Assembly: GCA_963662585.1 (NCBI GenBank)
Contig: OY759729.1
Location: 2,432,001 to 2,496,000 of the forward strand
Length of the DNA: 64,000 bases
Direction: 5' to 3'
DNA from: Candidatus Cloacimonadales bacterium
GTDB lineage: Bacteria; Cloacimonadota; Cloacimonadia; Cloacimonadales; JAFGVF01
The notes below the pieces were generated by a model. That model saw only the letters and a program-made list of their open reading frames with translations, did not search any database and was not told the DNA's origin. Both the position numbers and the translations under genes were made by a program. Shown here piece by piece: positions 1-10,082 of this stretch (its first letter is position 1; the number at the start of each line of letters is the position of its first letter).

Positions 1-401
1 AATATTATTTTATATGTTTAATTTGAGCAAGATATTCTTTTATTGATAAAGCCTGCAGTCAAAAACTATCAGGAATTACTATTGCGTTAAATTATGATTC
101 TTTAATAAATTAACAAAGACCTTAGTCTTCTTTTACTTAAAACCAATTCTATCAATTTTCTTTCAATATTCATTTGATTTCTTAAGTTTATTGTTAACTT
201 CTTTTTAACATATAATAAGTACTTCATTAATTTGAGTTTGTTGTCAAGTGCTTTTTTTTTACGATTTATTGATTTATGTTTTTCTAAGTTTGAACCTAGC
301 TTTTATTTTATTCTTGGATAGGACTTAAATTGTTTAATAGAAAAAATAAATACTAAATAAGGAGAAGAGAAATCTTTTTAGACACAATGCTAAAAGTAAA
401 C

Positions 402-505
402 ACAAGCTCTAAAGAGGGACATTTTTATGGTTTTGGTGTCGCTCCTTTGGAGCTTGTTATTATTTTGTGATTCTCATTCTACAAAGCTGTAACTCCCCTG
501 GAACT
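402..505. repeat. Degenerate REP/REPIN-like element (ctacaaag...cgctcctttggagct family)
   Basis: Imperfect inverted repeat 402-421 / 437-457 plus a degenerate third unit at 479-505; related copy in reverse orientation at 47887-47913 (agctccaaaggagcgaaatctttgtag). Confidence 0.6.
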
Positions 506-671
506 CAAAGAATCGATAGTGTATCGTATGTAAATCTTTGAATTCTTCATAATTAAAGGAGGTAATTTTGCTTATGGATATTCAAGAATATGATATATAA
601 ATGAATCTATCCAGGTTACTTCTATACTTAAGATGAACTTGAACATTGTTTTACAAGGGTTGGAGTAGAGC

Positions 672-2183
672 TTAGCTTGATTTTAATTTTCTAATAATTT
701 CTTGTATCCTATCATCATCACCCTTTAAGTCAATAGCTTTTTGATAAGATTCAATAGCTTTTTTGGTGTTACCGATAAGCTTATATCCTTCTCCAAGGCT
801 GTCCCAGGCATTCCAAGATTGAGGAAAATATTCACAGATAAGTTGAAATATATTTATGGCAATTTCTTTATTACCCATTTGTAAGTTTTTATAAGCAAGA
901 AGGTTTAAATCTCTTTCTTTAAAATAGGATAAGTCAGAGTCATTTTCTTTAGCTTGTAAAATTATTAGTTTTGCTTCTTCAATATTTTCAACTAGAAGCT
1001 TCATGAATTCTTTTTTTGTTGGAGGAAGTTCAAGTCCTAAGTCTGAATTATCTGCAAGAATAAAATCATCAGGGATATTATCATTACTTAAAATCTTATC
1101 TTTAGCACTTTGAAAATCATCTTTCCCTTTTAAACAATCGTTGCAGAAGGCAAGAATAAGTTTTAATGTAAGCTCATAAGCTAAATCTCTTCCTCTCCTA
1201 TTTTTTATTTGATTTTCAGAAAAGCAATGAGCTTGAAGAACATACTGGGAAGTAAAGGCATTATGAGGAATATCTTTGAATCTAATTTGATGTCTTTTTG
1301 AATAAATCAAATTATTATAAAAGTCGCTTGTTCTATTTGCTAAAAAAGGTCCATCAATTTCTAAATATTTCAAATCTCTAACAGCGAAATCTGGTCTTAT
1401 GGGTTGATGATGTTCTTCTAAACTTTGAGGATTTGTATATTCATTATGAAGTCCTATCATTCCCTTAACAGCTAAGTTTTCTTGAGCAAAAATTACATTA
1501 GAAAAAGCCCCCAAGCAGAAACCAATTACTACTACTTCATCACTATTGGCATTTTCAAGATTATTGAGGTAACCATATAGATATCTAATATCATTAATAT
1601 TAGTTCTTAAACCTATATCATCGAATTCCATTTCTCTCGCCGAAAAGCCTGCTGAGGGAGAAGCTATTACTAAGAATCCATAGCTTGCTAATAATTCGCA
1701 CATCAAGAAATTTTCACTTGCTATTTCATTACCACCAGGACTATAGATCACAACTGGAAAAGCTTCAGATATAGCCTTAGCATTTTCCATTGCCAAGGAC
1801 CTTCTCAAAAAAACTTTATCGAAATTTTCTGCACTTACTCCTGCTTTTAGATACTTTTCTTTAAGTTCTTTAATAAAATTTTCTTTGCTTTCAGATGAAG
1901 TAAAATTAGTTTCAAACTTTGAGATATATTGATAATCAATAAAGCTCATCTTCTCCTTAATCGTATCATCTGTTGGGTACCATAAATTTATTTGCATGGG
2001 TCTATAAGCTATAGATTGCTCTTGCTCAGGATATGTTCTTGAATAGTCATAAGTCTCAATATGCTTGTAACCAACCCTGTATTGTCCAGTAGTTAATTCT
2101 CCCCATATATCGCTTTCTAAATATGTAGCACCCAAAGGTAGCATGGTCATTGCTATTAAACTAATTATTAGTAATAAATTCAT
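672..2183 (-). CDS. Secreted alpha/beta hydrolase (dienelactone-hydrolase-like) with C-terminal TPR
   Basis: Signal peptide; LWYP, FPVVIYSPG and LASYGFLV motifs; GFCLG nucleophile elbow; TPR tail (NAWDSLGEGY...AIESYQKAI). Confidence 0.75.
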   Translation of the reverse strand: MNLLLIISLIAMTMLPLGATYLESDIWGELTTGQYRVGYKHIETYDYSRTYPEQEQSIAYRPMQINLWYPTDDTIKEKMSFIDYQYISKFETNFTSSESKENFIKELKEKYLKAGVSAENFDKVFLRRSLAMENAKAISEAFPVVIYSPGGNEIASENFLMCELLASYGFLVIASPSAGFSAREMEFDDIGLRTNINDIRYLYGYLNNLENANSDEVVVIGFCLGAFSNVIFAQENLAVKGMIGLHNEYTNPQSLEEHHQPIRPDFAVRDLKYLEIDGPFLANRTSDFYNNLIYSKRHQIRFKDIPHNAFTSQYVLQAHCFSENQIKNRRGRDLAYELTLKLILAFCNDCLKGKDDFQSAKDKILSNDNIPDDFILADNSDLGLELPPTKKEFMKLLVENIEEAKLIILQAKENDSDLSYFKERDLNLLAYKNLQMGNKEIAINIFQLICEYFPQSWNAWDSLGEGYKLIGNTKKAIESYQKAIDLKGDDDRIQEIIRKLKSS

Positions 2184-2198
2184 TATTATCTCCTTAGG

Positions 2199-3596
2199 TT
2201 ATTTATAATGCAAGAATTTTGTAATTTTATATCCAGAATCTGTAGAAATTTTGAAGAAGTATAGACCATTACTAAGATTTAACTCCTTGGTTGAAAGCCT
2301 GAATTCTTTTGTTTTCCTAAATACTGAAATTTGTTTTATCTTTTGCCCCTTAATATTATAAAGATCAATCTTAGATATTTCTTCTTCCTTACCAAATTTG
2401 ATATTGATATTATTTTGGGTAGGATTAGGATAAACAAGTATGTCAGATAAGTTCTGAACTTCATTATAAACATTGCTAACTATGCTGTTATTCAACCACA
2501 AAGTTAAAGGATTGGAAATAGCATCAGCATTTAGAACATCACAACCAACAAAAAAGTCAATATCACTATCATTATCAAAATCTCCTACAGCGATTGGCCA
2601 TGCCCCCCATTGATAAGAAGCTAAAAGATGTCTGTTAAAATCCCCATTATTCTGAATCCAATAATAAATCTTGCAAGAAGACCAGGCTGTAGCGATTAAG
2701 TCAACTTGATTATCATTATTCAAGAAAGCAGGTTCAACAGTTACAGCACCATTTATACTATTTGAGACCAAATGCTTAACCCAACTTTGGCTTGTTTGTC
2801 CATCATTTTCCCACCATGAAATTTCATCAGAAGTGAAAGCTGCTCCTATTACATCAGGTAAATTATCATTATTGATATCTGCAATACTAACCCAATGGGC
2901 TCTAACAAAGCTTGTAGAATGCTCTTGTTTCTGCCATGTAATTTCATCTGTACCTGAATTATACCAGATCGATATTTCATTATTATCCATTGATGCTCCA
3001 ATAACATCTAAAAAAGTATCACCATTCATATCATAGACACTTATTGCTTGACAGCCTGGAAAATCATTTGTAACTTCATTTTGAATCCACAGGTTGTTAA
3101 CTTTCTTCCACCAGAGAATTTTACCTAATCCTGCTGCTGCACAAACAATATCCATATTTCCATCTGAGTCAATATCTTCTGCAATTACCCTATGTGCCCC
3201 TGTTATATTGTTAGCAATATCCTCTCTTTCGAAATATAGAGTTTCTTCAAAAAAATTAGTGTAGAAAATGCTTACAAGCCCATTAATAGGTGAAGAAGCG
3301 ATAACATCTGGATAATTATCACCATTCATATCTTCTGCATATAGATATTGTGGGTCAAAATCGGTTGCTACAATATGCTCAATGGGATTATTCCAATCTC
3401 CAGTATTTTCAAATAGAATTATCTCATTTGTAGAATTTCTTGATACAAGAATATCTAAATCTTCATCTAAATCAAAATTTATCACAGCTAAGCCAGGATT
3501 ATCTTGACCAGGTAGTTCGATATTAAAAGGTGAAAAATCTATAGAAAATAGATTGTTTATGAAACAAATAGCGATGATAATTAGTATCTTTGGCAT
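2199..3596 (-). CDS. FG-GAP/VCBS repeat protein with T9SS type-A-like C-terminal sorting domain
   Basis: Repeated DxNGDxxxD motifs; C-terminal VYPNP...YNIKGQKI...GLYF; signal peptide. Confidence 0.85.
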   Translation of the reverse strand: MPKILIIIAICFINNLFSIDFSPFNIELPGQDNPGLAVINFDLDEDLDILVSRNSTNEIILFENTGDWNNPIEHIVATDFDPQYLYAEDMNGDNYPDVIASSPINGLVSIFYTNFFEETLYFEREDIANNITGAHRVIAEDIDSDGNMDIVCAAAGLGKILWWKKVNNLWIQNEVTNDFPGCQAISVYDMNGDTFLDVIGASMDNNEISIWYNSGTDEITWQKQEHSTSFVRAHWVSIADINNDNLPDVIGAAFTSDEISWWENDGQTSQSWVKHLVSNSINGAVTVEPAFLNNDNQVDLIATAWSSCKIYYWIQNNGDFNRHLLASYQWGAWPIAVGDFDNDSDIDFFVGCDVLNADAISNPLTLWLNNSIVSNVYNEVQNLSDILVYPNPTQNNINIKFGKEEEISKIDLYNIKGQKIKQISVFRKTKEFRLSTKELNLSNGLYFFKISTDSGYKITKFLHYK

Positions 3597-3624
3597 TCTT
3601 ATCTCCTTTGTAAAATATTTCGGG

Positions 3625-4458
3625 TTAACAGATAAAATGATTTATTCTTTGCATATCTATTCCAATATAGAATTTTATTCTAAGTCTTTTTAATTCTTCT
3701 CCTATTTCTTTTTTGCTCATTTCTGAATGAAGTAACTGACCAACTTTAGCAAAAAGTAATTCACCTACATTAGCATTATAAGTTATTACTGAAAGATATG
3801 GGTCGTTACTCCACAGTGATTTATATAAAGTGTCATCTTTATCATTCATTAAAGAAATAATAAATTCTTCACCATCCACAAATATTTCTAACCAGTTATA
3901 ATGTTGACTCATAAAAATAGCTGTTGAATTACCTTGAGCAAGAATATCTATGTTTTCTACATTAGGAGCAGGATTAAAAGTCTCAATTATAACATTTACT
4001 CCCCTTTCACTAGCCTTGGATAATTCTTCTATAACTTCTTTCCTCTGTAATTGAGCACACATTACAATAATGTTTTTTTGGGCATTTTTAATGATTTCTA
4101 TCGAGCGTGAATACATCTGACTAATGTTCTCAATAGCAAAAACTCCAGTCATTCTCTCTATTTTGGATATCTTTTTTACCTTTTCTTCAACCTTTTTTTT
4201 GCTTTCAAGAAATTCGCTTTCTCGCCAATCAAGATATGTTTTTATCTCCGTAGGATAATACTCAACTGCTTTTGATGCCTCATTCCGAAACACCATGCCT
4301 TTTTGAAGCATTACTTCTAAAGCTTTATAAATTTGTGGTTTAGTTTTTTTTAAAATTTTGGATATCTTGTAAGCAGATATGCCTCCTTCCTTCAAGAGTA
4401 TAATATAAATATCAGCTTCGATTTCTTTAAATCCAACTTTAAGTAAATTATCTTTCAT
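3625..4458 (-). CDS. TrmB-family transcriptional regulator
   Basis: N-terminal wHTH (GFKEIEADIYIILL...ISK...IYKALEVM..KG) followed by a PLD-like effector domain (AQKNI...ASERGVNV). Confidence 0.85.
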   Translation of the reverse strand: MKDNLLKVGFKEIEADIYIILLKEGGISAYKISKILKKTKPQIYKALEVMLQKGMVFRNEASKAVEYYPTEIKTYLDWRESEFLESKKKVEEKVKKISKIERMTGVFAIENISQMYSRSIEIIKNAQKNIIVMCAQLQRKEVIEELSKASERGVNVIIETFNPAPNVENIDILAQGNSTAIFMSQHYNWLEIFVDGEEFIISLMNDKDDTLYKSLWSNDPYLSVITYNANVGELLFAKVGQLLHSEMSKKEIGEELKRLRIKFYIGIDMQRINHFIC

Positions 4459-4472
4459 AAATACCTCTTTTT

Positions 4473-4514
4473 TTTATTAGTAGTATTTTTTATACTACTA
4501 ATAAATTATGTCAA
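4473..4514 (-). promoter_or_regulatory. Promoter with perfect 14-5-14 inverted repeat (candidate operator)
   Basis: tttattagtagtat-ttttt-atactactaataaa (4473-4505) lies between TTGACA (minus strand, 4514-4509) and the RBS of the TrmB gene. Confidence 0.6.
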
Positions 4515-4552
4515 GGATTTTATAAAATATTTCTGGCATACCCCCATTATTT

Positions 4553-5821
4553 TTATAAGAAATTGATCCGTAGTTGTAGCTTGTCATGATATTCCCCCTT
4601 GTGCGGTATAATTTTATTCAATTTAGTGTTATTAAATATGTGCTTTATGATTCTACTCAGTTTGTAATAGACATAGGTATGATTCTTATAATTAGTGCTA
4701 CCGAACTCAGGGAATTGATATAAAAGTTCTTCCAGATATTTTATTGTAGAATAAACTATATCTACTGCCACCATTAATATAACATTAATATTTTTCAATC
4801 CTACATAACTCATCAGCTGAACTTTTTCCCAATTAAACTCCTGCTTGATATGTCTATGGAACTCTTCGATTTTCCATCTTTTTCTGTATCCTTTAACAGC
4901 TTTTAATATTATTTCATAGTCTGTCATTGTGCTATCATTAAAGTTACATAGAAAATAAAACAAGCCTCCTTTTTTACCATGCCTTACAACAACTAAGTTT
5001 GCTTCAACTATATCTGGATGCTTACGTTTATGTGGATTAATTCTTATTTTCACTCTCTTTGTTCCGCAATTAAAAGTTTTATTATCAGATGTTTTAAACT
5101 CATGTTTAAGTTTAATTTGTCTTACTACTGATGAAAAGCTAACTTCGGTATTATCCTCAATAAAAGATCTCTTACCTGTACTTCTAATTATATAGTTATT
5201 TTCATTATTTGAAAGTAAAGTTATTAACTTACGGCTATCATAACCTCTATCAAACACAAAAACACCTTTATTATTACTGTGAATAGTAATATCTATAATT
5301 CTATCTTCAAGTATATTCTTAGAAGTATCTTCTTCTATAATATTACTATATAATTGACTGCATATTGGGAGTATTGAATAGTTCTTACCATTATCTGTTA
5401 GTGATGCAATATTAAGTAAATGATAACCTTTCGCTCTTTGTCCGGTAGAACCATCTCTAACTCTTGATAGTCCTTCTAACTTATTTGATTCTGGCTTCAA
5501 TATATCTGATTCATCAACTATAAAATATGTGTCATTGGTAGCTTTTGCACTGTTGTATTTTAACAAATTTTCACTTACCACTTTTCCAATTTTCTCATTC
5601 TTTAGGTTTCTATATAATCTCTCACATACTTTATCTAAACTAATTTTTTCATGTAAACTTGTTGCTATTTGTCGAACAATAACCGAGCTACTTGAAATGA
5701 CTCCTTTCGTTATATCTTTCAAGGCTTTATGCTCAGGAATAGTTAAGCCTTCTGAATATTTTTTTACTCTTTTTGAAAATTTACCTTGTAATTTTATTAT
5801 ATTCTGTTTTTTTAAATCCAT
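4553..5821 (-). CDS. DDE transposase, IS4-like
   Basis: FIVDES (D), FVFDRGY (D) and YRKRWKIEEFHRHIK (YREK motif with E). Confidence 0.92.
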   Translation of the reverse strand: MDLKKQNIIKLQGKFSKRVKKYSEGLTIPEHKALKDITKGVISSSSVIVRQIATSLHEKISLDKVCERLYRNLKNEKIGKVVSENLLKYNSAKATNDTYFIVDESDILKPESNKLEGLSRVRDGSTGQRAKGYHLLNIASLTDNGKNYSILPICSQLYSNIIEEDTSKNILEDRIIDITIHSNNKGVFVFDRGYDSRKLITLLSNNENNYIIRSTGKRSFIEDNTEVSFSSVVRQIKLKHEFKTSDNKTFNCGTKRVKIRINPHKRKHPDIVEANLVVVRHGKKGGLFYFLCNFNDSTMTDYEIILKAVKGYRKRWKIEEFHRHIKQEFNWEKVQLMSYVGLKNINVILMVAVDIVYSTIKYLEELLYQFPEFGSTNYKNHTYVYYKLSRIIKHIFNNTKLNKIIPHKGEYHDKLQLRINFL

Positions 5822-5825
5822 TGTT

Positions 5826-5890
5826 AAAGTGCTCCTTTAGAAATTATTTGGTAGATAATCTAATTGTATTTAGGAGCACTTTTTTTGCAA
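5826..5890 (-). promoter_or_regulatory. Transposase promoter and RBS-occluding hairpin
   Basis: 11-bp inverted arms 5826-5836 / 5872-5882, one containing the AGGAG RBS; TTGCAA-16-TACAAT on the minus strand (5890-5863). Confidence 0.55.
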
Positions 5891-6185
5891 GGATTATTTT
5901 TCTTATTTTATTATCTATCAATTAGTTATACTATTTCTAAAAGTGTCTTAATATTAGCCTTGTTTGCAAGCTTTCTCGTAATTTTAATAGAAAAGTTTAA
6001 GTTTATTCGTAATACCTATAAATCAATCTTTTTAGACAATTTTTATATCTAACTTACTATAAAACTGAAAGTTCATTATATTATATCAAAGTTTTTTGGG
6101 GGTATGCCTGTTTTATAAAATATTTTTTACTAATAGATTACTGGAGACAAGGTTAGGAGAAGGCTTTCCCTTATAAAATAAACAA

Positions 6186-6211
6186 AGCACCTAAGAATAT
6201 TCTTAGGTGCT
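6186..6211 (-). terminator. Intrinsic terminator downstream of enoyl-CoA hydratase
   Basis: Perfect palindrome agcacctaagaatattcttaggtgct followed by a T-rich tract on the minus strand. Confidence 0.65.
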
Positions 6212-6303
6212 CAGCAATATATTATGATATTTTGATACTATTTTCAGTAAATAACTTATTATCTTCAGCTAGCACAGGCGTTTAATATATTAAAAGTACT
6301 ATC

Positions 6304-7080
6304 TTATTTCAATTTCCAGCTTGGTTTTCGTTTAGCTTTGAAAGCTTTGATACCCTCATTTGCATCTTCAGTTGTGCACAGACTAGCAAAAGCTTCATTC
6401 ATATATTTAAATGATTTCTCATAATCTAAGTTTTCAGAAGCATAGAAGGAGCTTTTAGCAATCTGTAAAGCAATCGGACTCTTCTGTGCCAGCTTTTCAA
6501 CCCATGCTAAAGTCTCATTTTCTAAATCAGCATCTGGAACAACTCTGTTGATTAAACCAATTCTAAGAGCTTCATCAGCTTTAATTAGGTCACCAAAGAG
6601 AAGTAATTCAAGAGCTTTTTTTCTTCCAACTGATTTACTTACTGGAACAACTGGACCAATGCAATTTAAACCAACATTAACAGCCGTAAGTCCAACTTTA
6701 GCTTTATCAGAGAAAATCGCTAAGTCCGCAGCAGCAACTAATCCTGCTCCATTTGCAGCAGCAACACCTTGAACTTGAGCAACAACAGGCTTTTTGATTT
6801 TACTAATTGTTACTAAAGGTTGCTCCATTTGTTCGATCCATTCTTTGTATTCGACAACATTCTTGCCAGCAAACTCATTCAAATCAATTCCTGCACAAAA
6901 GTGCTTTCCGGCACCTTTTAACAAGATTACTCTCACTTGGTCATTTTTATCGAATTCTAAAAGAGCATTATTAAGTTCAATTGCTAGTTGTGTATTAAAA
7001 GTATTTAGTTCATTAGGTCGGTTTAGAGTAATTTTACCTATAAAGTTTTCAATCTCTACAATAATTTCAGAATAATTCAT
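6304..7080 (-). CDS. Enoyl-CoA hydratase/isomerase (crotonase family)
   Basis: ITLNRP, HFCAGIDL, KPVVAQVQG.A..G and DANEGIKAF..KRKP motifs; start moved to ATG 7080 because of the GGAAGGG RBS. Confidence 0.92.
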   Translation of the reverse strand: MNYSEIIVEIENFIGKITLNRPNELNTFNTQLAIELNNALLEFDKNDQVRVILLKGAGKHFCAGIDLNEFAGKNVVEYKEWIEQMEQPLVTISKIKKPVVAQVQGVAAANGAGLVAAADLAIFSDKAKVGLTAVNVGLNCIGPVVPVSKSVGRKKALELLLFGDLIKADEALRIGLINRVVPDADLENETLAWVEKLAQKSPIALQIAKSSFYASENLDYEKSFKYMNEAFASLCTTEDANEGIKAFKAKRKPSWKLK

Positions 7081-7311
7081 TTTCCCTTCCTTTTTTTGTA
7101 TGATTAATCTATCAGGCATGGAAGCCTGAGATCAAAATAAGTTAGCTGATTATAATTTATTCAGGGAAGAGTGTTTTGTCAAACTTAAAATTATGAATAG
7201 GATATTTTAATTAATTAATGTGGTATTGATTGTACCAGTTTAAACTTCCATTGACAGATTGGCAATAATATTACTAGTATTGTTACTGAAAATAAAGAAT
7301 GGACACTGGGA

Positions 7312-7380
7312 ACTTTCACACTAATTAACGCAAATTAAAAGGAATTTTCACGAATGTAGGGGCGTATTGCCATACGCCTT
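7312..7380 (+). repeat. GTAG-hairpin REP-like unit with leader
   Basis: actttcacactaattaacgcaaattaaaaggaattttca..gaatGTAG plus hairpin, also at 7646-7713 and 10353-10420; related hairpins at 52510-52532 and 61804-61828. Confidence 0.75.
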
Positions 7381-7792
7381 CTTGAAAAGTCCCATAACAC
7401 AGAGTTAAGATGAGTTTTGAGAAGTTTTCACAGAGTTTTAGAAAAGTTTTGAGAATGTGATAAGATCTCTTCTGTCGGGAGGTGGACATTTTGTCCGCCT
7501 CATTGTAAAACAATGATAATCCCAGCGGGATGCCATATAATAGGGAGTGTTCGCAAGACACTCCTAAAGTCACAACAAAAAAATAGCCCTACAGGGGCGA
7601 CATACACCTAAAAAGTTAAATGAAAAGACATAGAGGAATGCAAATACTTTCACACTATTAACGCAAATTAAAAGGAATTTTCATGAATGTAGGGGCAAAA
7701 CACTTTTTGCCTTCTAAAAACTGGATAATGACCTCTTTAATCCTAAAATAATATCACCAAGGGATTAAATAGATTAGCCCTGTAAGGGTTTA
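7376..7792 (+). repeat. ~417-bp composite intergenic repeat, copy 1
   Basis: Colinear with 10083-10500, roughly 90% identical by eye. Confidence 0.92.
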
Positions 7793-7904
7793 ATAGAGAA
7801 AATAATAATTCAAAATTGGGTAAATTATTTAGGAGTCTCCTAGGCACGATTCTGTGAGAGGGATGGTGCTAAGGCACCACCCAACTCGATTTATCATACG
7901 AAGT

Positions 7905-8780
7905 TTATTTTACGATTATCGGTACATAAATATCAAATTTAGATGTTTCTGGATGTTCCTCAGAGAATCTTTCATCAAAAATTTCCAATTCATCTCCCTC
8001 TGCCCATTCATAATCGACAGTTTTAATCCATTCACAGCTAATATATCCATAGGTTTCTCCTAAGGTAGCTGTAGCTCCTTCATGAGTAAATACCGCATAA
8101 GTAGCTGGTTTTACTGTGTAAGTTTCTAAGTTAGGATTGGTAGGAGTATTAGCCTTTTTAATCATACCAACGAAATATGAAAATTCATCATCAGGACCAG
8201 GAGCTTGTTCCACAAACTGAGGGTGTGGAGGACAGATAGCTATATAGGAATCATTTTTATAATCGAAGTCTTTTCCTAAAATTTCTTTAAACTCATACCA
8301 TAGTTGATGAATAGAACCATCACTATGTTTAACCTTTCGTTTTAAACCAACAGCTTTAATTTCAGACATCTCTTTGATTTTGTAATTCATCTTTGTTCCT
8401 TTTGTTTTTGTTTCATAGAACTGCAGTACTAATTTTGGTGTGTAATTCATCAGCTGATTGTTTCTTCTATATACAAGAGGAGTATCATGAAACTGCTTTC
8501 TAAAGGCTCTAATGAATGATTCTGTAGTAATAAAACAATATTTGCCGGCTAGGTGTTTTATCTGAGAATCTCCTTCTAATAGATCTTTCGAAGCTTCGGA
8601 TAATCTTCTCTCTCTTACATAACTTTTTAATGTATATCCTGTAAAAGTATAAAATACTCGCATAAAATGATAGAGAGAGAACCCTACATTATCTGCTATA
8701 TCTTCCATCTCAAGGTTTACGGTAAGGTTCCTTTCAATGTAATCGATACTATTTTGAATAATTCTATAATAATCAGGCAT
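7905..8780 (-). CDS. AraC-family regulator with GyrI-like effector domain
   Basis: N-terminal AraC HTH (SIDYIE.NL...FS.YHF.R.F...ERRLSEA...F.RAFRK) and C-terminal GyrI-like domain (YAVFTH.G...DIYVPI). Confidence 0.92.
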   Translation of the reverse strand: MPDYYRIIQNSIDYIERNLTVNLEMEDIADNVGFSLYHFMRVFYTFTGYTLKSYVRERRLSEASKDLLEGDSQIKHLAGKYCFITTESFIRAFRKQFHDTPLVYRRNNQLMNYTPKLVLQFYETKTKGTKMNYKIKEMSEIKAVGLKRKVKHSDGSIHQLWYEFKEILGKDFDYKNDSYIAICPPHPQFVEQAPGPDDEFSYFVGMIKKANTPTNPNLETYTVKPATYAVFTHEGATATLGETYGYISCEWIKTVDYEWAEGDELEIFDERFSEEHPETSKFDIYVPIIVK

Positions 8781-9105
8781 ACTATAATTCCTTTCATTAT
8801 TGACTTTTTTTGCTTATACACCTTCAAGTTATTACTGTCAATTTAATTATTTGAAAATCACTAAAAAGTGACTCCCTTGATAGCCAGGAGGTGGGAGAAT
8901 GCTTAAATTAGACAAATGGCTTATTAATGGGATTTATAGGGTGTTCATGGCTGTAAAGAATGAGTTTGCTACTCTTGTAATTACTTGTAGATTGTTTGTA
9001 TAAGCTTGTTAGTATCGAACAACTATCAGAGGCGAAACTATCAAATATTTGACAAAATAGTCAATATAAGAATTATTAGTACAGTTAATGACTAAAGGAG
9101 TTATA

Positions 9106-9939
9106 ATGAGTAAAAGTATGCTATTCATTGCACTATTCTTTATTTACTTGGGAGTATCTGCGAACCAGTTAGTTGAAAGAAAAACCTACAGCTATGATGC
9201 ACTTAGTAGAAAAAGTAGTAGCCAAAATAATGACTCTAAGGAAATATATTTGTTTAAAAAGAGTTCGTTGGAGAACCGTATTACTCCAGTTATGAACCGT
9301 TCTTTTCTTGATAAAGTAGAGAACTTGTCATTTGATGTTTTGAATGAAGATATTAGAAACTATAATTATGATTCAAACCAATTTAAAAGAAATGTTGATT
9401 ATGAGAAACAACATTTCACAATTCTAAATAAAGTTAATGCTAAAAGTCTTTTCTCACAACAAAATTGTGCTGATAGCCTTATTTATTACTTAAAAGAAGA
9501 TATTTATAGTGATAATCCCAGCCACAAAAGCTATAAAATTGTATGCATTATGACTGATAGGAGAACTCAGCAGTACTTTAATGATAATGAAAAGAAGGAT
9601 ATGTTAATCTCAATTAAGAATGATTTTCTTCCATATATTAAATTAGTAGATGTGAAATCTCCTGATAAAACTTATGCGATTCCAGGGTCAAAATTATCTA
9701 GACTACTTTCATCACCTCAATTTACAGCATCTTACTTGTTAAGAGCATTAGGTAATGGTAGTGGAATACCTACATGGCTGGAATCTTATGGTACAAATCT
9801 AGAATATGAACATTATACCCTATTTTCACAAACAACCTACCCAAAAGATAGTAAGAATCATTATTCTGATAAACATATACGGTTTGTAAATCTTGATTAT
9901 CTGGAAGAAATTACTGGAAAAATAATAAGTAATATTTAG
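9106..9939 (+). CDS. Hypothetical secreted protein
   Basis: Long ORF; AAGGAG RBS before ATG 9106; signal peptide; TTGACA upstream; no family recognised. Confidence 0.7.
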   Translation: MSKSMLFIALFFIYLGVSANQLVERKTYSYDALSRKSSSQNNDSKEIYLFKKSSLENRITPVMNRSFLDKVENLSFDVLNEDIRNYNYDSNQFKRNVDYEKQHFTILNKVNAKSLFSQQNCADSLIYYLKEDIYSDNPSHKSYKIVCIMTDRRTQQYFNDNEKKDMLISIKNDFLPYIKLVDVKSPDKTYAIPGSKLSRLLSSPQFTASYLLRALGNGSGIPTWLESYGTNLEYEHYTLFSQTTYPKDSKNHYSDKHIRFVNLDYLEEITGKIISNI

Positions 9940-10082
9940 CATTTTAAATGCATAAGAAAGAAGTTATAGTGTTCAAAATGTTAGAAATGAAGTGAGATTC
10001 TTGAGAGTTAAAGCACGATTATGGACTGCAGGCATCTCTGCCTCCTGAGATTAAAGATTAGACTTAATACAGTTTTTTGGAA

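Larger units (their letters stand above)
4533..6110 (-). mobile_element. IS4-like insertion sequence, 1578 bp, 14-bp terminal inverted repeats, 15-bp target-site duplication
   Basis: Ends ctggcataccccca (4533) and tgggggtatgcctg (ends 6110), 13/14 match; direct repeat ttttataaaatattt at 4518-4532 and 6111-6125. Confidence 0.9.

Noticed and set aside
1..400. Gene at the left edge
   Set aside because: Only short AT-rich frames interrupted by stops; cannot be supported
5864..6052. 62-aa ORF inside the IS end as a passenger gene
   Set aside because: Low-complexity AT-rich frame overlapping the transposase promoter; no RBS or motif
7325..7573. 82-aa ORF
   Set aside because: Lies wholly in the mosaic repeat; no protein features
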